Shown: positions 1-8,803, numbered from the stretch's first letter. The stretch is 50,908 nt of DNA from Parabacteroides sp. (GCA_051870655.1 JBJECC010000082.1:1-50908); one strand, 5' to 3'. A program made the numbers and translations. The notes: generated by a model from the sequence alone, not told the origin.

Positions 1-71
1 CCTTCATTTTTAACAGATGACATTTCTGTTTCATTCTGAAAAAATGTTTTTCTTTCTCTCAAAAGAATGGC

Positions 72-79
72 TATATTTG
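72..79 (+). promoter_or_regulatory. Bacteroidetes sigma-70 -7 element for dgt
   Basis: TATATTTG matches TAnnTTTG, 35 bp before the dgt ATG. Confidence 0.55.
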
Positions 80-114
80 TGTTTTCTTCCTCGTAAGCTA
101 TTAAAAAGAAAGAT

Positions 115-1440
115 ATGGAATGGAATCAGTTACTTTCAGGCAAACGGTTCGGTATGGAGGCGTATCACGAGCGCAAGCATGAGCGGACCGACTTTCAGCG
201 CGATTATGACCGTCTCATCTTCTCCGCCCCGTTCCGGAGGCTCCAGAACAAGACACAGGTCTTCCCGCTTCCGGGCAGCATCTTTGTCCACAACCGGCTT
301 ACCCATAGTCTGGAGGTCTCCTGTGTGGGGCGTTCGTTGGGCAACAACGTGGCAAAGGCGCTCATGCAACGCTATCCCGACGGGAGTGTCAACTTCCCGG
401 AGATGGGCTCGATTGTCTCGGCAGCCTGCTTGGCGCACGACATGGGCAATCCGCCCTTCGGCCATTCCGGTGAACGGGCCATCTCCTCCTATTTCCTCGA
501 AGGGAACGGCAAGCGGTTGGAAGAGGCGGTGCGCAACGAAGGGGGACGCTGGGAGGATTTCATCCATTTTGAGGGAAATGCCAATGCGATACGCCTGCTG
601 ACCCACCAGTTTGTGGGACGGCGCAGAGGGGGCTTCGTGATGACTTACAGCACGCTCGCCTCCATCGTGAAATATCCATACGCCTCCACGCAGGCGGGCA
701 AGAAGGGGAAATTCGGCTTCTTCCAGTCGGAGGAGGCGACCTATCGGCAGATTGCCGCGGAGTTGGGCATCGGGGCCGATCCGGAGGCACCGGAACGTTT
801 CATGCGCTATCCGTTAGTCTATTTGGTGGAGGCGGCAGACGACATCTGCTATCAGATCATGGACATTGAGGATGCCTGTAAACTGCACATCCTGACAACT
901 GACGAGGCGATCGGGCTGATGTTGGGTTTCTTCGAGGGGGAACGGCTGCGCCGCATCCGCGAGGTGATGCAGATGGTGTCAGACACCAACGAGCAGATTG
1001 CCTATCTCCGTTCCTGCATCATCGGCCGTTTGGTGGATGAGTGCTCGACAGTCTTCGTGGAGCAGGAGGAGGCCTTCCTGAACGGCACCTTCCGCGGACC
1101 GCTGATCGGGAAAATCAGTGATCTCTCCTGCCACGCCTACGAGCGTTGTTCGGAGACGGCCTGCCGCAAGATCTACAGTTCCAAGGAGGTGATTGACACG
1201 GAGCTGGCAGGTTATCACATTTTCAGCCATCTGATCGACAGCCTGACGGAGGCGGTGATGAATCCCGGCCATGCCTATAGCCGCCTGTTGCTGCAGCGCA
1301 TCCCGGAGCAGTATGACACGCACGCCCCGACGGTCTATGGCAAGATCCAGTGTGTCCTGGACTACATTTCCGGCATGACCGATGTCTATGCGCTCGATCT
1401 CTACCGGAAGATCACCGGCATGAGTCTGCCGGCGGTCTGA
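115..1440 (+). CDS. dgt: dGTP triphosphohydrolase (HD-domain dNTPase)
   Basis: 441 aa; RTDFQRDYDR, FRRLQNKTQVF, HNRLTHSLEV, LAHDMGNPPFGHSGE, EAADDICY and DYISGMTD motifs. Confidence 0.95.
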   Translation: MEWNQLLSGKRFGMEAYHERKHERTDFQRDYDRLIFSAPFRRLQNKTQVFPLPGSIFVHNRLTHSLEVSCVGRSLGNNVAKALMQRYPDGSVNFPEMGSIVSAACLAHDMGNPPFGHSGERAISSYFLEGNGKRLEEAVRNEGGRWEDFIHFEGNANAIRLLTHQFVGRRRGGFVMTYSTLASIVKYPYASTQAGKKGKFGFFQSEEATYRQIAAELGIGADPEAPERFMRYPLVYLVEAADDICYQIMDIEDACKLHILTTDEAIGLMLGFFEGERLRRIREVMQMVSDTNEQIAYLRSCIIGRLVDECSTVFVEQEEAFLNGTFRGPLIGKISDLSCHAYERCSETACRKIYSSKEVIDTELAGYHIFSHLIDSLTEAVMNPGHAYSRLLLQRIPEQYDTHAPTVYGKIQCVLDYISGMTDVYALDLYRKITGMSLPAV

Positions 1441-1458
1441 TTCTTCCAGTCTTCTTGA

Positions 1459-4400
1459 TTACTTGACGATTACTTTCACAGGGGTTTCTCCCTCCACGCT
1501 TACGATGGCAATGCCCTTCGGCAGGGAGAGGATTTCCCGGTCACTGCGCAGGCGGCGGTTGGCGAGCTCCTTGCCCAAGATGTTGTAGATCTTGGCCTGC
1601 TTGCCGGCTGCCTGGCGGATCTCCACCTGGTTCATGCCACCCGTGACGGCAAAGGGTTCCGGTGCTGCTACCTCTTCGTTGGCCACAATGAAGTGGTTGT
1701 CCGACGGACGGCTGACATCCAAGCGATAGTAGGTCGGATAGGGAGCCATCACGATGTTGCCGCTCCAGTAATAGACATAGAGCTTGCTGGCGGGGTTGTA
1801 GAGGGCATATTCCGGGGAGGAGGCAGGAGCGTTGGGGTTCGCTTCGAACGCGAAGAGACCGTAGTTGATCCCCTGGTTCGTGTGGTTCTGCGGATTGCCG
1901 GCGGTTCCTTCTGACTGGGCTGCCAACCAGGCTTTCTGGCGTGCTATCAAGGCGACGCCCTCCGTGCTGCCTGCCTGAATCGTGTCTTTGGCGCTCGGTG
2001 TGGCCGAAGCAATGTAAATGCTGTCTGCCTCGTGTGTCGCCTTGACAAAACGCAGGCGCGCATTGTGTTGTCCCCATGAGTGATAGCAGTAGAGGCTCTC
2101 CCAGTTCTCATCCTGGCTGTTGTAGATGGAGTCGGTCATGGCAAAGAGGTAATAGCCGCTTGTCTTGCCGTCGGCCTGTGTCGGCTGCTCTGTTGCCTTC
2201 TCCGAGTTCATCACGATGTAGTAGAGTGGCGTGGTGGCTCCGGCACGCTGCACGTAGGCGGTGTCGAGCATCAGACTGAAACGAACCGCCTCATAGTTCA
2301 AGCCGCCCTGTGCCTTGGTGGTGATGTCCATGTCCGGCTTGCTGATCGGCAGCCCCTCCACAAGGTAGCGGTTCTCGTCCGCAGCGAGCATCCAGGGCTT
2401 CGTGCTGGAACCGTTCTCCAACGAAATGAAGTTCAGCCGTACTAAAGTTGTGTCGCTCTTGCCCACCAACTTGTTCAGGATGTCATCCTGGCTCAGGGCA
2501 CTCTGTTTCGTGAGCAGACTGAACTTGTCGCCTGTGGCCTGGGTGTAGAGTCCGAGCGTGGCGAACTGGGCGCTGCTGTTGACATACACCTTCAGATTGC
2601 CTCCTGTCTCCGTCCATGCGTTGTTGTTCGTCGGATCGTAATATCCTTGGCTGACCAGCAGCTCATACTGATCCGCTCCCTTCTCCTTGAGGTAGAACAT
2701 CGTGGCGTTGCTCAACGCTTCTGCCTGTGTGTTATAGCTCATCGGATCAAGCACGCATACACCCTGCGTATATTTGACATAACGTCCGGATTTCTGGTCT
2801 TGCAGCGCATACCGCACGCGACGTAGGTCATAGACCTTTTTTCCATCTTTGTCTTGGAAGATACCATAACCTACTGTGTCGCATGGGGTGAGGATGAATG
2901 ACAGCCCCTCCTCCTGTTTGGAGGCTACGGTCAATTCATCTGTATTATAGGATGTGGCGTAAAAGATCGTGCCATTGAAAGAGGCATTCATGATGCCCAA
3001 CTGATAGGGCGTTGTGGCCAAGACCGATTTGTCGAAAGTGTCTCCCTCTACTTGGCTGTGGGCATAACCGTCCAACTCACCCAATTCCACTTCGGTGATC
3101 TTCAGGGTGTCGATCTTCACGGCCTCTCCGTTGTAGTCGCCTGTCAACGGAGTTTTCAGCGCATAAAGCCCTTCGCCCACCTGGTAGATGGTCTCTCCCA
3201 AGCTGATATAGGTAGCCTTTTCACGGTTCTTCAACAGGAAGAAACCATTCTCTTTTGTCAATACCCACGCATCTTCCGGTGTGCCGGCTGCCAAATAGTT
3301 GGCGGGACAGAAAGAGACGATCATGTTTTTGTACTCTTTGAAGGTAGTTCCATCTGCTTCATTCTTGATCTCATCTGCATAGCTGTTCGGTGAGATTTTA
3401 TAACCCTCTAAATTGATTGTGCTTAACACTTGGTCGTCACTGTTCTTCTTGATTTCTATGTCTGCAATAGACACAGAGACATTCTTGTCTTGGAACTCAT
3501 TGGACGGTATAGAGCCTGCTGATGAACTGAAACCAATCTGTGTCCAAATATAGTTACCGCTCGCAGGAGCTGTTACCAGGATATTGACATTCGAAGGATT
3601 GGTGTAAATCAGTGGACGGACACCTTTTATTGTAGACTCTTCTGTTGATCGGAATAGGTTCCCATCAGCAACCACATCAGTTAAATACCCATCTTTAGGG
3701 AATTTGGCATAAGGGTTGGTAATCGTCAAATTATCTCCTTCGGCTCCGATCACTTCAAACATGGCATTCTCTACCGGTACTTCTGTACCGTTGGCTGCTA
3801 ACAGACTGCTACCACTGAAAATGGCATAGTTATAGCCCAATCCGACTGGCATGGTGGAAACTTTATCTACATAGACTTGCTCTTTGTTGACGGCTACCAA
3901 TGTTGCCTCTTTAAAGGCAGATACAATATCATTTACGTTCGAATCTGTGAATGTTACTTTGGATGCTGTTTGATCCTCCTCTGTGGCCAGTTTCAAAAGT
4001 TCTTTGTGTCCAGTAGAGATAAAGTAGGTACGGCTTTGACTTGTACTTCCACCCACAATCTTTTTAGCGGCTTCATTTGTAATTTCATCAGATCCTTTAT
4101 CAATGGTTACCGCCACAAGCTTCTTGTCCAATAATGGATTGTCAGCCACCTCAATTTTTTGTCCATCTTTCATGGCAGACAGCGTAAATCCGTTTCCACC
4201 TGTTTGGTTCAAATCCTCTGCATACAGTGGCTTTGGATTTAACTCAAAGACTAACAAAGTCGTACTACTACTATATCCCTCAGAACTAATTGATATGATC
4301 TCTATTTTTTTAGTTGTTTTGTTTATATTTAATTCATAATTACCAAATACAAGTTTTTCACCACCCTGAGGGTATTTATAGCTTGAAAACCAATCAAATA

Positions 4401-4836
4401 CTTCAATGGCAGGGCTATCTTCCTTTGTCGGTAACTCTTCACTTAAATTCAATTTCAAATATAACCCTGTCTTTTTGTTTTTTAATTTGTACTCGAGATG
4501 ACCACTTCCTCCTCCCTGATAGGGCTCAATTTTCCATAAATAAGCAGACAACTCTTCGTCAGTTGTTGGCCATGTGTCCACGTGGCAATTAGGATCCAAT
4601 ACTGTAAAGTCTTTCCCAGATTCAGCATCAGCTTTTAGGAAATAACCATTTTCATATGGGGTAGATCCATCTACTTGACCTATTAAAAAATATTTTCCTT
4701 TGGCAGCCTCTTGCGAAAAGTCAAAGTCAGCTGCTAAACTTGTATATTTACCGAAATCCTCCCCTCTCACCTCCGTACTAAACAGGGAGTTGATCAGCAA
4801 GAAAAGGGTCAAAAATGTGTAAATATGTTTCTTCAT
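1459..4836 (-). CDS. Large exported surface protein with C-terminal DUF6383-like (T9SS-CTD-like) domain; S-layer/surface glycoprotein-like
   Basis: 1125 aa; N-terminal signal peptide MKKHIYTFLTLFLLINSLFS; C-terminus VANEEV...VTGGMNQVEIRQAAGKQAKIYNILGKELA...LPKGIAIVSVEGETPVKVIVK resembles the DUF6383 tail of Parabacteroides surface proteins. Confidence 0.75.
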   Translation of the reverse strand: MKKHIYTFLTLFLLINSLFSTEVRGEDFGKYTSLAADFDFSQEAAKGKYFLIGQVDGSTPYENGYFLKADAESGKDFTVLDPNCHVDTWPTTDEELSAYLWKIEPYQGGGSGHLEYKLKNKKTGLYLKLNLSEELPTKEDSPAIEVFDWFSSYKYPQGGEKLVFGNYELNINKTTKKIEIISISSEGYSSSTTLLVFELNPKPLYAEDLNQTGGNGFTLSAMKDGQKIEVADNPLLDKKLVAVTIDKGSDEITNEAAKKIVGGSTSQSRTYFISTGHKELLKLATEEDQTASKVTFTDSNVNDIVSAFKEATLVAVNKEQVYVDKVSTMPVGLGYNYAIFSGSSLLAANGTEVPVENAMFEVIGAEGDNLTITNPYAKFPKDGYLTDVVADGNLFRSTEESTIKGVRPLIYTNPSNVNILVTAPASGNYIWTQIGFSSSAGSIPSNEFQDKNVSVSIADIEIKKNSDDQVLSTINLEGYKISPNSYADEIKNEADGTTFKEYKNMIVSFCPANYLAAGTPEDAWVLTKENGFFLLKNREKATYISLGETIYQVGEGLYALKTPLTGDYNGEAVKIDTLKITEVELGELDGYAHSQVEGDTFDKSVLATTPYQLGIMNASFNGTIFYATSYNTDELTVASKQEEGLSFILTPCDTVGYGIFQDKDGKKVYDLRRVRYALQDQKSGRYVKYTQGVCVLDPMSYNTQAEALSNATMFYLKEKGADQYELLVSQGYYDPTNNNAWTETGGNLKVYVNSSAQFATLGLYTQATGDKFSLLTKQSALSQDDILNKLVGKSDTTLVRLNFISLENGSSTKPWMLAADENRYLVEGLPISKPDMDITTKAQGGLNYEAVRFSLMLDTAYVQRAGATTPLYYIVMNSEKATEQPTQADGKTSGYYLFAMTDSIYNSQDENWESLYCYHSWGQHNARLRFVKATHEADSIYIASATPSAKDTIQAGSTEGVALIARQKAWLAAQSEGTAGNPQNHTNQGINYGLFAFEANPNAPASSPEYALYNPASKLYVYYWSGNIVMAPYPTYYRLDVSRPSDNHFIVANEEVAAPEPFAVTGGMNQVEIRQAAGKQAKIYNILGKELANRRLRSDREILSLPKGIAIVSVEGETPVKVIVK

Positions 4837-4869
4837 CTGCGCGCGTTTTTAATTAGTCCATATTGTGAC

Positions 4870-4899
4870 CAAAAGTACACATTTATTTTGATTGGCAAA
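4870..4899 (-). promoter_or_regulatory. Promoter (-7 TACTTTTG, -33 TTTG) of the surface protein gene
   Basis: CAAAAGTA at 4870-4877 (TACTTTTG on minus) and CAAA at 4896-4899, 18-bp spacer. Confidence 0.6.
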
Positions 4900-4942
4900 T
4901 TTTTTTCCCTGAAAAATAGCTTTTTTCTTGTGGGTAGCTCTT

Positions 4943-5250
4943 GTGGCCGCCCAAACTGTCCGTCGCGCTCGCCCCTACTGCCCGGTTTCCTGGGCCGCTC
5001 TGTCGAGCGATTTGGGCAGTACTGCCGGGTGAGGTTCGCCCTCAATCCCCAGCTCGCCCGCCTGCCCTGCCCAGTGCGCTGAACAGCACGGGCCACTGCG
5101 CTGGTCTGCTCTCCCCGCCGCACCGGCCTGCGCTGCCGGACGCTCCCGCCTGCCCTCTCCAGCGCGTCAGATAGGCTCCCCGGTTCGCTCGCCTGCACTC
5201 CCCAGCTCAACCGACAGCAGGGGCGGCTTCGCCCGGCAGGGCTCCCCTTC
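4943..5250. repeat. Degenerate 22-bp tandem array, about 14 units, GC-rich and non-coding (copy 1)
   Basis: Phased units, e.g. 4987 ttcctgggccgctctgtcgagc, 5009 gatttgggcagtactgccgggt, 5054 tcgcccgcctgccctgcccagt, 5076 gcgctgaacagcacgggccact, 5098 gcgctggtctgctctccccgcc, 5120 gcaccggcctgcgctgccggac, 5142 gctcccgcctgccctctccagc, 5185 tcgctcgcctgcactccccagc. Confidence 0.8.
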
Positions 5251-5274
5251 CCATTTGCTACCGGATCTTTCCCC

Positions 5275-5337
5275 AAACCTCCGCTCCCATTTAAAAAAGG
5301 ACTCCTCCCCTTTTCAAAACCCCCGCTGTCATTTGAT
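5275..5337. repeat. Short degenerate 21-bp tandem repeat, 3 units
   Basis: aaacctccgctcccatttaaa / aaaggactcctccccttttca / aaacccccgctgtcatttgat. Confidence 0.5.
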
Positions 5338-5481
5338 TCTGTATGGCCGTACGACGTGGCATTCCCTTTTCCCGAACCGTTTTTGAACCGCAATGAATAT
5401 TTCCCTGTCATTGTTGGCTTTTTACATACAAAGGAATGGAAACTTTTACAGCAGACCATCTGTTATTGGAACACAATATAG

Positions 5482-5489
5482 TACATTTG
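5482..5489 (+). promoter_or_regulatory. -7 element upstream of the higBA remnant
   Basis: TACATTTG matches TAnnTTTG. Confidence 0.5.
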
Positions 5490-5505
5490 TAACAGTCAAA
5501 TATAC

Positions 5506-5595
5506 CCTATCCCGACTGACGATAACGGTAAGTATATTTGGATAGAGATAAAAGGAGTAGAAATAGTTGAAATAGTAAATTATCACGGTAAATAA
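5506..5595 (+). pseudogene. higB: C-terminal fragment of a HigB/RelE-family toxin, no start codon
   Basis: Frame reads PIPTDDNGKYIWIEIKGVEIVEIVNYHGK*, resembling the Bacteroidales HigB C-terminus; in-frame stop at 5479-5481 with no ATG between; ends 9 bp before higA. Confidence 0.7.
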
Positions 5596-5604
5596 TATAG
5601 TATT

Positions 5605-5925
5605 ATGGCAACTTTAAAGAAATTCGTTCCGCCGGTGGAATTTCATCCCGGCATCACTCTTTCAGAGAAACTGAAAGAAATGGGGATGAGCGTAAAGGAG
5701 TTTGCTGTGCTCACTTCAAAACCGGAAAAGATAATCTTTGCTGTCATTGGCGGCAAAAGCAGTGTGACCTTGGATATGGCTGTGGCATTCGAGCGTGTCA
5801 CAAAGATTCCCGCACATTTTTGGCTGAATATACAGCGGGGGTATGATGAGTATGTGGCCCGTCAGAGAAGAGAGAAACAACTGGAGTTGGCATACGATGG
5901 TCACGTTCCCAGTGAGGTCAATTAA
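5605..5925 (+). pseudogene. higA: HigA-family HTH antitoxin, probably C-terminally truncated
   Basis: FHPGITLSEKLKEMGMSVKEFA...VTLDMAVAFERVTKIPAHFWLNIQRGYD is the HigA HTH signature; AT-rich relative to neighbours; tail gca tac ga|tgg tca cgt tcc suggests a frameshift out of a longer protein. Confidence 0.75.
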
Positions 5926-5965
5926 AAAAAATACCGCAATTAGTCTCCTAACTGCGGTAACTTTA
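5925..5965. terminator. Intrinsic terminator between convergent higA and pepC
   Basis: A-run, then TACCGCAaTTAG-tctc-CTAAcTGCGGTA hairpin (5932-5959). Confidence 0.7.
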
Positions 5966-5985
5966 TCATGCTATGTAGATCCCGA

Positions 5986-7158
5986 TTATCGGATACCCAA
6001 TTTGGCCTTGACTGCCTTGGGGATGGCATCTTTGTGCACCATGATGTAGATCATCTTGGCACGCACGTAGCTCTCTGACATATTCAGATAGCCGCCGAAG
6101 GCGTTGCGCTCCGTACCCCAAGAGTTCTTGGTGACATAATACTTCGTGCCGTTCTGATCCTTCACGATGCCGGTCAGGTGCATCAGGTGGTCGTCTGTGG
6201 TCACGTATGACTCGAAGCCCTCCTGGCGAACCTCCTGAGTGACGTTGATCTCCGGATAGGGATGTTCGAACTTATACACCTCTTCTAAGCGTTCCTTCTC
6301 GTCCATCTTCTCGAAACGGGCGCGGTCAGTGGTCGAATAGTCCTCCACCTTCTTCACCTCCGGATTGATGGCCACACCGTTCTTGAAAGAGAAGCCCTTT
6401 TCACTGACATCACCGTCCCAGCAGACCGTGAAACCGTGCTGCAACGCATAGTCCTGCACTTCGATCAGCTCGTCCAACGGCAGGTTGTACTGCTGATAGT
6501 GCTCCCAGTTGTCGTGCACTTCCACCTCACACTTCTGGTAGTAGGGATGGTGGCTGAAGCTGGTCAGCTCCACGTAGTCGTCCATGTTCAGACCCAATGA
6601 CTCCGCAAAGCTCTTCGGTGTATATTCTTTTCCCTTGTAGGTGAACTTCTCCGGCACCTTGCCCAGGTAAATGTCGAACAGGCTCTGGATCAGCTCCTCA
6701 TATTCCGGACTGCGTTTCTTCATCTTGACGGCCTCGTTGGCAATGGCACTCATGTAGCGCACCAGTTCGCCGTGGTTGTGACGGTCAGAGTCGTAGTTGA
6801 TGCCCGTATAGACCTCTTCCGGCACGATGCCCACCTGACGATAGGCGTTCATGAAGGTGTGTGAAAGACTGCCCTGGCCGATATTGCCCTCACCGTGGCG
6901 CAGATAGTTGTCGTTCAGCTGGTTCATGTATTTCTGGCGGACGATGAACATCTCCGACAGGTCATATTCGCCTTTGCCCATGCGGAGCAATTCAGACTCC
7001 ATGAACGAGGTGGTCGCGAAGCACCAGCAGGTGCCCGTCGATGCCTGGTTCTTGACAGGTGTGGCCGGTACCTTGCAGACATCCGTAAACTGATAGCCTT
7101 GCGCAAACGCGCCCATGGCGCTCATTGTAAGCGCGCAGGAAAGGATTAAAGATCTCAT
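5986..7158 (-). CDS. pepC: Aminopeptidase C (peptidase C1B, bleomycin hydrolase family), exported
   Basis: Signal peptide; catalytic QASTGTCWCFA (Cys), DDHLMH (His), KNSWG (Asn). Confidence 0.9.
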   Translation of the reverse strand: MRSLILSCALTMSAMGAFAQGYQFTDVCKVPATPVKNQASTGTCWCFATTSFMESELLRMGKGEYDLSEMFIVRQKYMNQLNDNYLRHGEGNIGQGSLSHTFMNAYRQVGIVPEEVYTGINYDSDRHNHGELVRYMSAIANEAVKMKKRSPEYEELIQSLFDIYLGKVPEKFTYKGKEYTPKSFAESLGLNMDDYVELTSFSHHPYYQKCEVEVHDNWEHYQQYNLPLDELIEVQDYALQHGFTVCWDGDVSEKGFSFKNGVAINPEVKKVEDYSTTDRARFEKMDEKERLEEVYKFEHPYPEINVTQEVRQEGFESYVTTDDHLMHLTGIVKDQNGTKYYVTKNSWGTERNAFGGYLNMSESYVRAKMIYIMVHKDAIPKAVKAKLGIR

Positions 7159-7198
7159 ATCACTGGTTGTTTAGATATTGTATAACAATGTGCGTTTT

Positions 7199-8803
7199 TT
7201 AGAATCCGCGTTCGAACTGGTTCCAGTAGCTGTCGCCCAGCTCCCGCCAGTAGAGCAGTGTCGCGCCGATGAAGTCCGCCGTGTAGCCGGTCAGGAAGTC
7301 CTTGGCCTCCTCTTCACCCTTGCTCTCTGCCAACTGCTTGTATTGGCTCTCCACGTAGGGCAGCTCGCTCTGTCCCTTCCACTCGAAGTGGGCGATGGCA
7401 GCCTCCATCTTCTCGCGGGTGGCTCCCCAGCGGACAGTCGCCAGCTTGTTGGCACGGCGATAGGTCCAGACAGCCGCATCTTCCCGATAGCGATGCTGGC
7501 CACACACCTTCAGCGATGCGGGCAGATCCTTCGTGCCGCAGAAGACAGGGAAACGGGGGCTCTGTCCCGGATTGTCGAACGAGAGCCATACCAGACCGCC
7601 CACTGCATCGGGCAGCCAGCCGCGCAGCTGGATCACGGTCGAATAGGCACACTGCGGCACAGCCACCAACCGGTTGCCGTCGGTCGTACCGGCCTGGATA
7701 CCGTTCAGCATGGCCTGCATGTCGCGTGTCATCCAAGGATTGGCGCTCGGGCTGACGATGCTGTCCGTCTCGCCGGTCTCCTTGTTCTTGACGGCGATCT
7801 TCAGGTTCTTGACCGGGTCATATTCCGTGCCTTCGTAGGTCTCGCGCAGCAGGGCCATCACCTCCGTAGCGGCCACCGGTTTGTCCGGCTTCACGCTGAT
7901 GGGCAGCTCCTCGTCGCTATACTTGAACCCCTTGGAGGGAGCCAGCTTGTTGAGGATGAAAAATTCGCGCAGGCCGAAGTTCTTGAACTCCTTGGAGTAG
8001 TTGCCGCCCTGATACGCCTCCCAGAAACGGAACGGTTTCTTGCCGTCCCAGAAGCCCATCCGCTTGGCCACCTCGAAGACATTGTCGGAAGCCATGCAGT
8101 TCTCCGTATCTTTCGGATCGACTTTGGAGATACGCGGGTTGTTGGCAGAGACGCCCACATGGTCGTCCGGGATGCGGATCGCCGCCCAGACACCGCCGAT
8201 GCGGTCCGGTCCCTCGCCGAAGATCTCGAAGTGCCACACCTCGTTCGGGTCGGCAATGGTGAGGCACTCGCCCCAGTCGCCGTAGCCATACTGTTTCACC
8301 AGGTCGCCCATCAGCCGGATGGCCTGGCGGGCCGTCGTGCAACGCTGCAACGCGATTTTCTCCAACTCCTCGATCATGAACATACCCTTCTCATTGACCA
8401 GCTCCTTGCGGCCCGTGATGGTGGTTTCGCCGATACCCAGCTGCTTCTCGTTGAGGCAGGGATAGGCGGTGTTGAGATATTGATAGGTGGAGCGGGCTTC
8501 GGGAATGGTCCCTTTCACCGTGACGCCGCGCATTCCCTGGTCATATTCGGTGTGCATCCGTCCCGTATAGATCGTGACGGTCGTGTCGTGGTCATACGAA
8601 GCCGCCGGCACCACGTCGATCCACGTACGGTAGTTGCTGTCGCACGTGTGGCTGGTGATGACGGAACCGTCGGCAGAGGCCTTCTTGCCGACCATGATGC
8701 TGGTGCAGCTCTCCGGATTGAGCACCGGGAGCGTCTGTTGTGCCGAGAGGGTCAGACAGGAGCCGACCATCCAGAGGCAGAGGATTGATTTCAGTTTTTT
8801 CAT
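7199..8803 (-). CDS. Peptidase family C69 dipeptidase, exported
   Basis: Signal peptide then ESCTSIMVGKKASADGSVITSH (Ntn nucleophile Cys); LNEKQLGIGETT, ALQRCTTARQAI, GWLPDAVGG. Confidence 0.88.
   Translation of the reverse strand: MKKLKSILCLWMVGSCLTLSAQQTLPVLNPESCTSIMVGKKASADGSVITSHTCDSNYRTWIDVVPAASYDHDTTVTIYTGRMHTEYDQGMRGVTVKGTIPEARSTYQYLNTAYPCLNEKQLGIGETTITGRKELVNEKGMFMIEELEKIALQRCTTARQAIRLMGDLVKQYGYGDWGECLTIADPNEVWHFEIFGEGPDRIGGVWAAIRIPDDHVGVSANNPRISKVDPKDTENCMASDNVFEVAKRMGFWDGKKPFRFWEAYQGGNYSKEFKNFGLREFFILNKLAPSKGFKYSDEELPISVKPDKPVAATEVMALLRETYEGTEYDPVKNLKIAVKNKETGETDSIVSPSANPWMTRDMQAMLNGIQAGTTDGNRLVAVPQCAYSTVIQLRGWLPDAVGGLVWLSFDNPGQSPRFPVFCGTKDLPASLKVCGQHRYREDAAVWTYRRANKLATVRWGATREKMEAAIAHFEWKGQSELPYVESQYKQLAESKGEEEAKDFLTGYTADFIGATLLYWRELGDSYWNQFERGF

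Noticed and set aside
115-1440. dGTPase as an anti-phage defence gene
   Set aside because: Host-like GC and codon usage with no defence-island context; looks like the housekeeping Dgt.
4943-5250. Possible CRISPR array
   Set aside because: No identical repeats separated by unique spacers, and no cas genes in the window.
4833-5459. 208-aa minus-strand ORF and overlapping short ORFs across array 1
   Set aside because: Low-complexity Arg/Gly/Ser translation of the GC-rich 22-bp array; it spans the promoter of the surface protein gene and shares RAVQRTG with an ORF over array 2 only because the DNA repeat is shared.
4837-5600. Invertible promoter upstream of the surface protein gene
   Set aside because: Expected from Parabacteroides biology, but I found no convincing inverted repeat pair flanking the promoter and no recombinase nearby; only a weak 8-bp direct repeat (tttccctg at 4904 and 5400).
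7178-8788. Long antisense ORFs (also 15028-16854, 13493-14584, 25768-26955, 43563-44660, 48209-49672, 49630-50685)
   Set aside because: Shadow ORFs opposite well-conserved genes, expected from high-GC codon usage; no motifs of their own.
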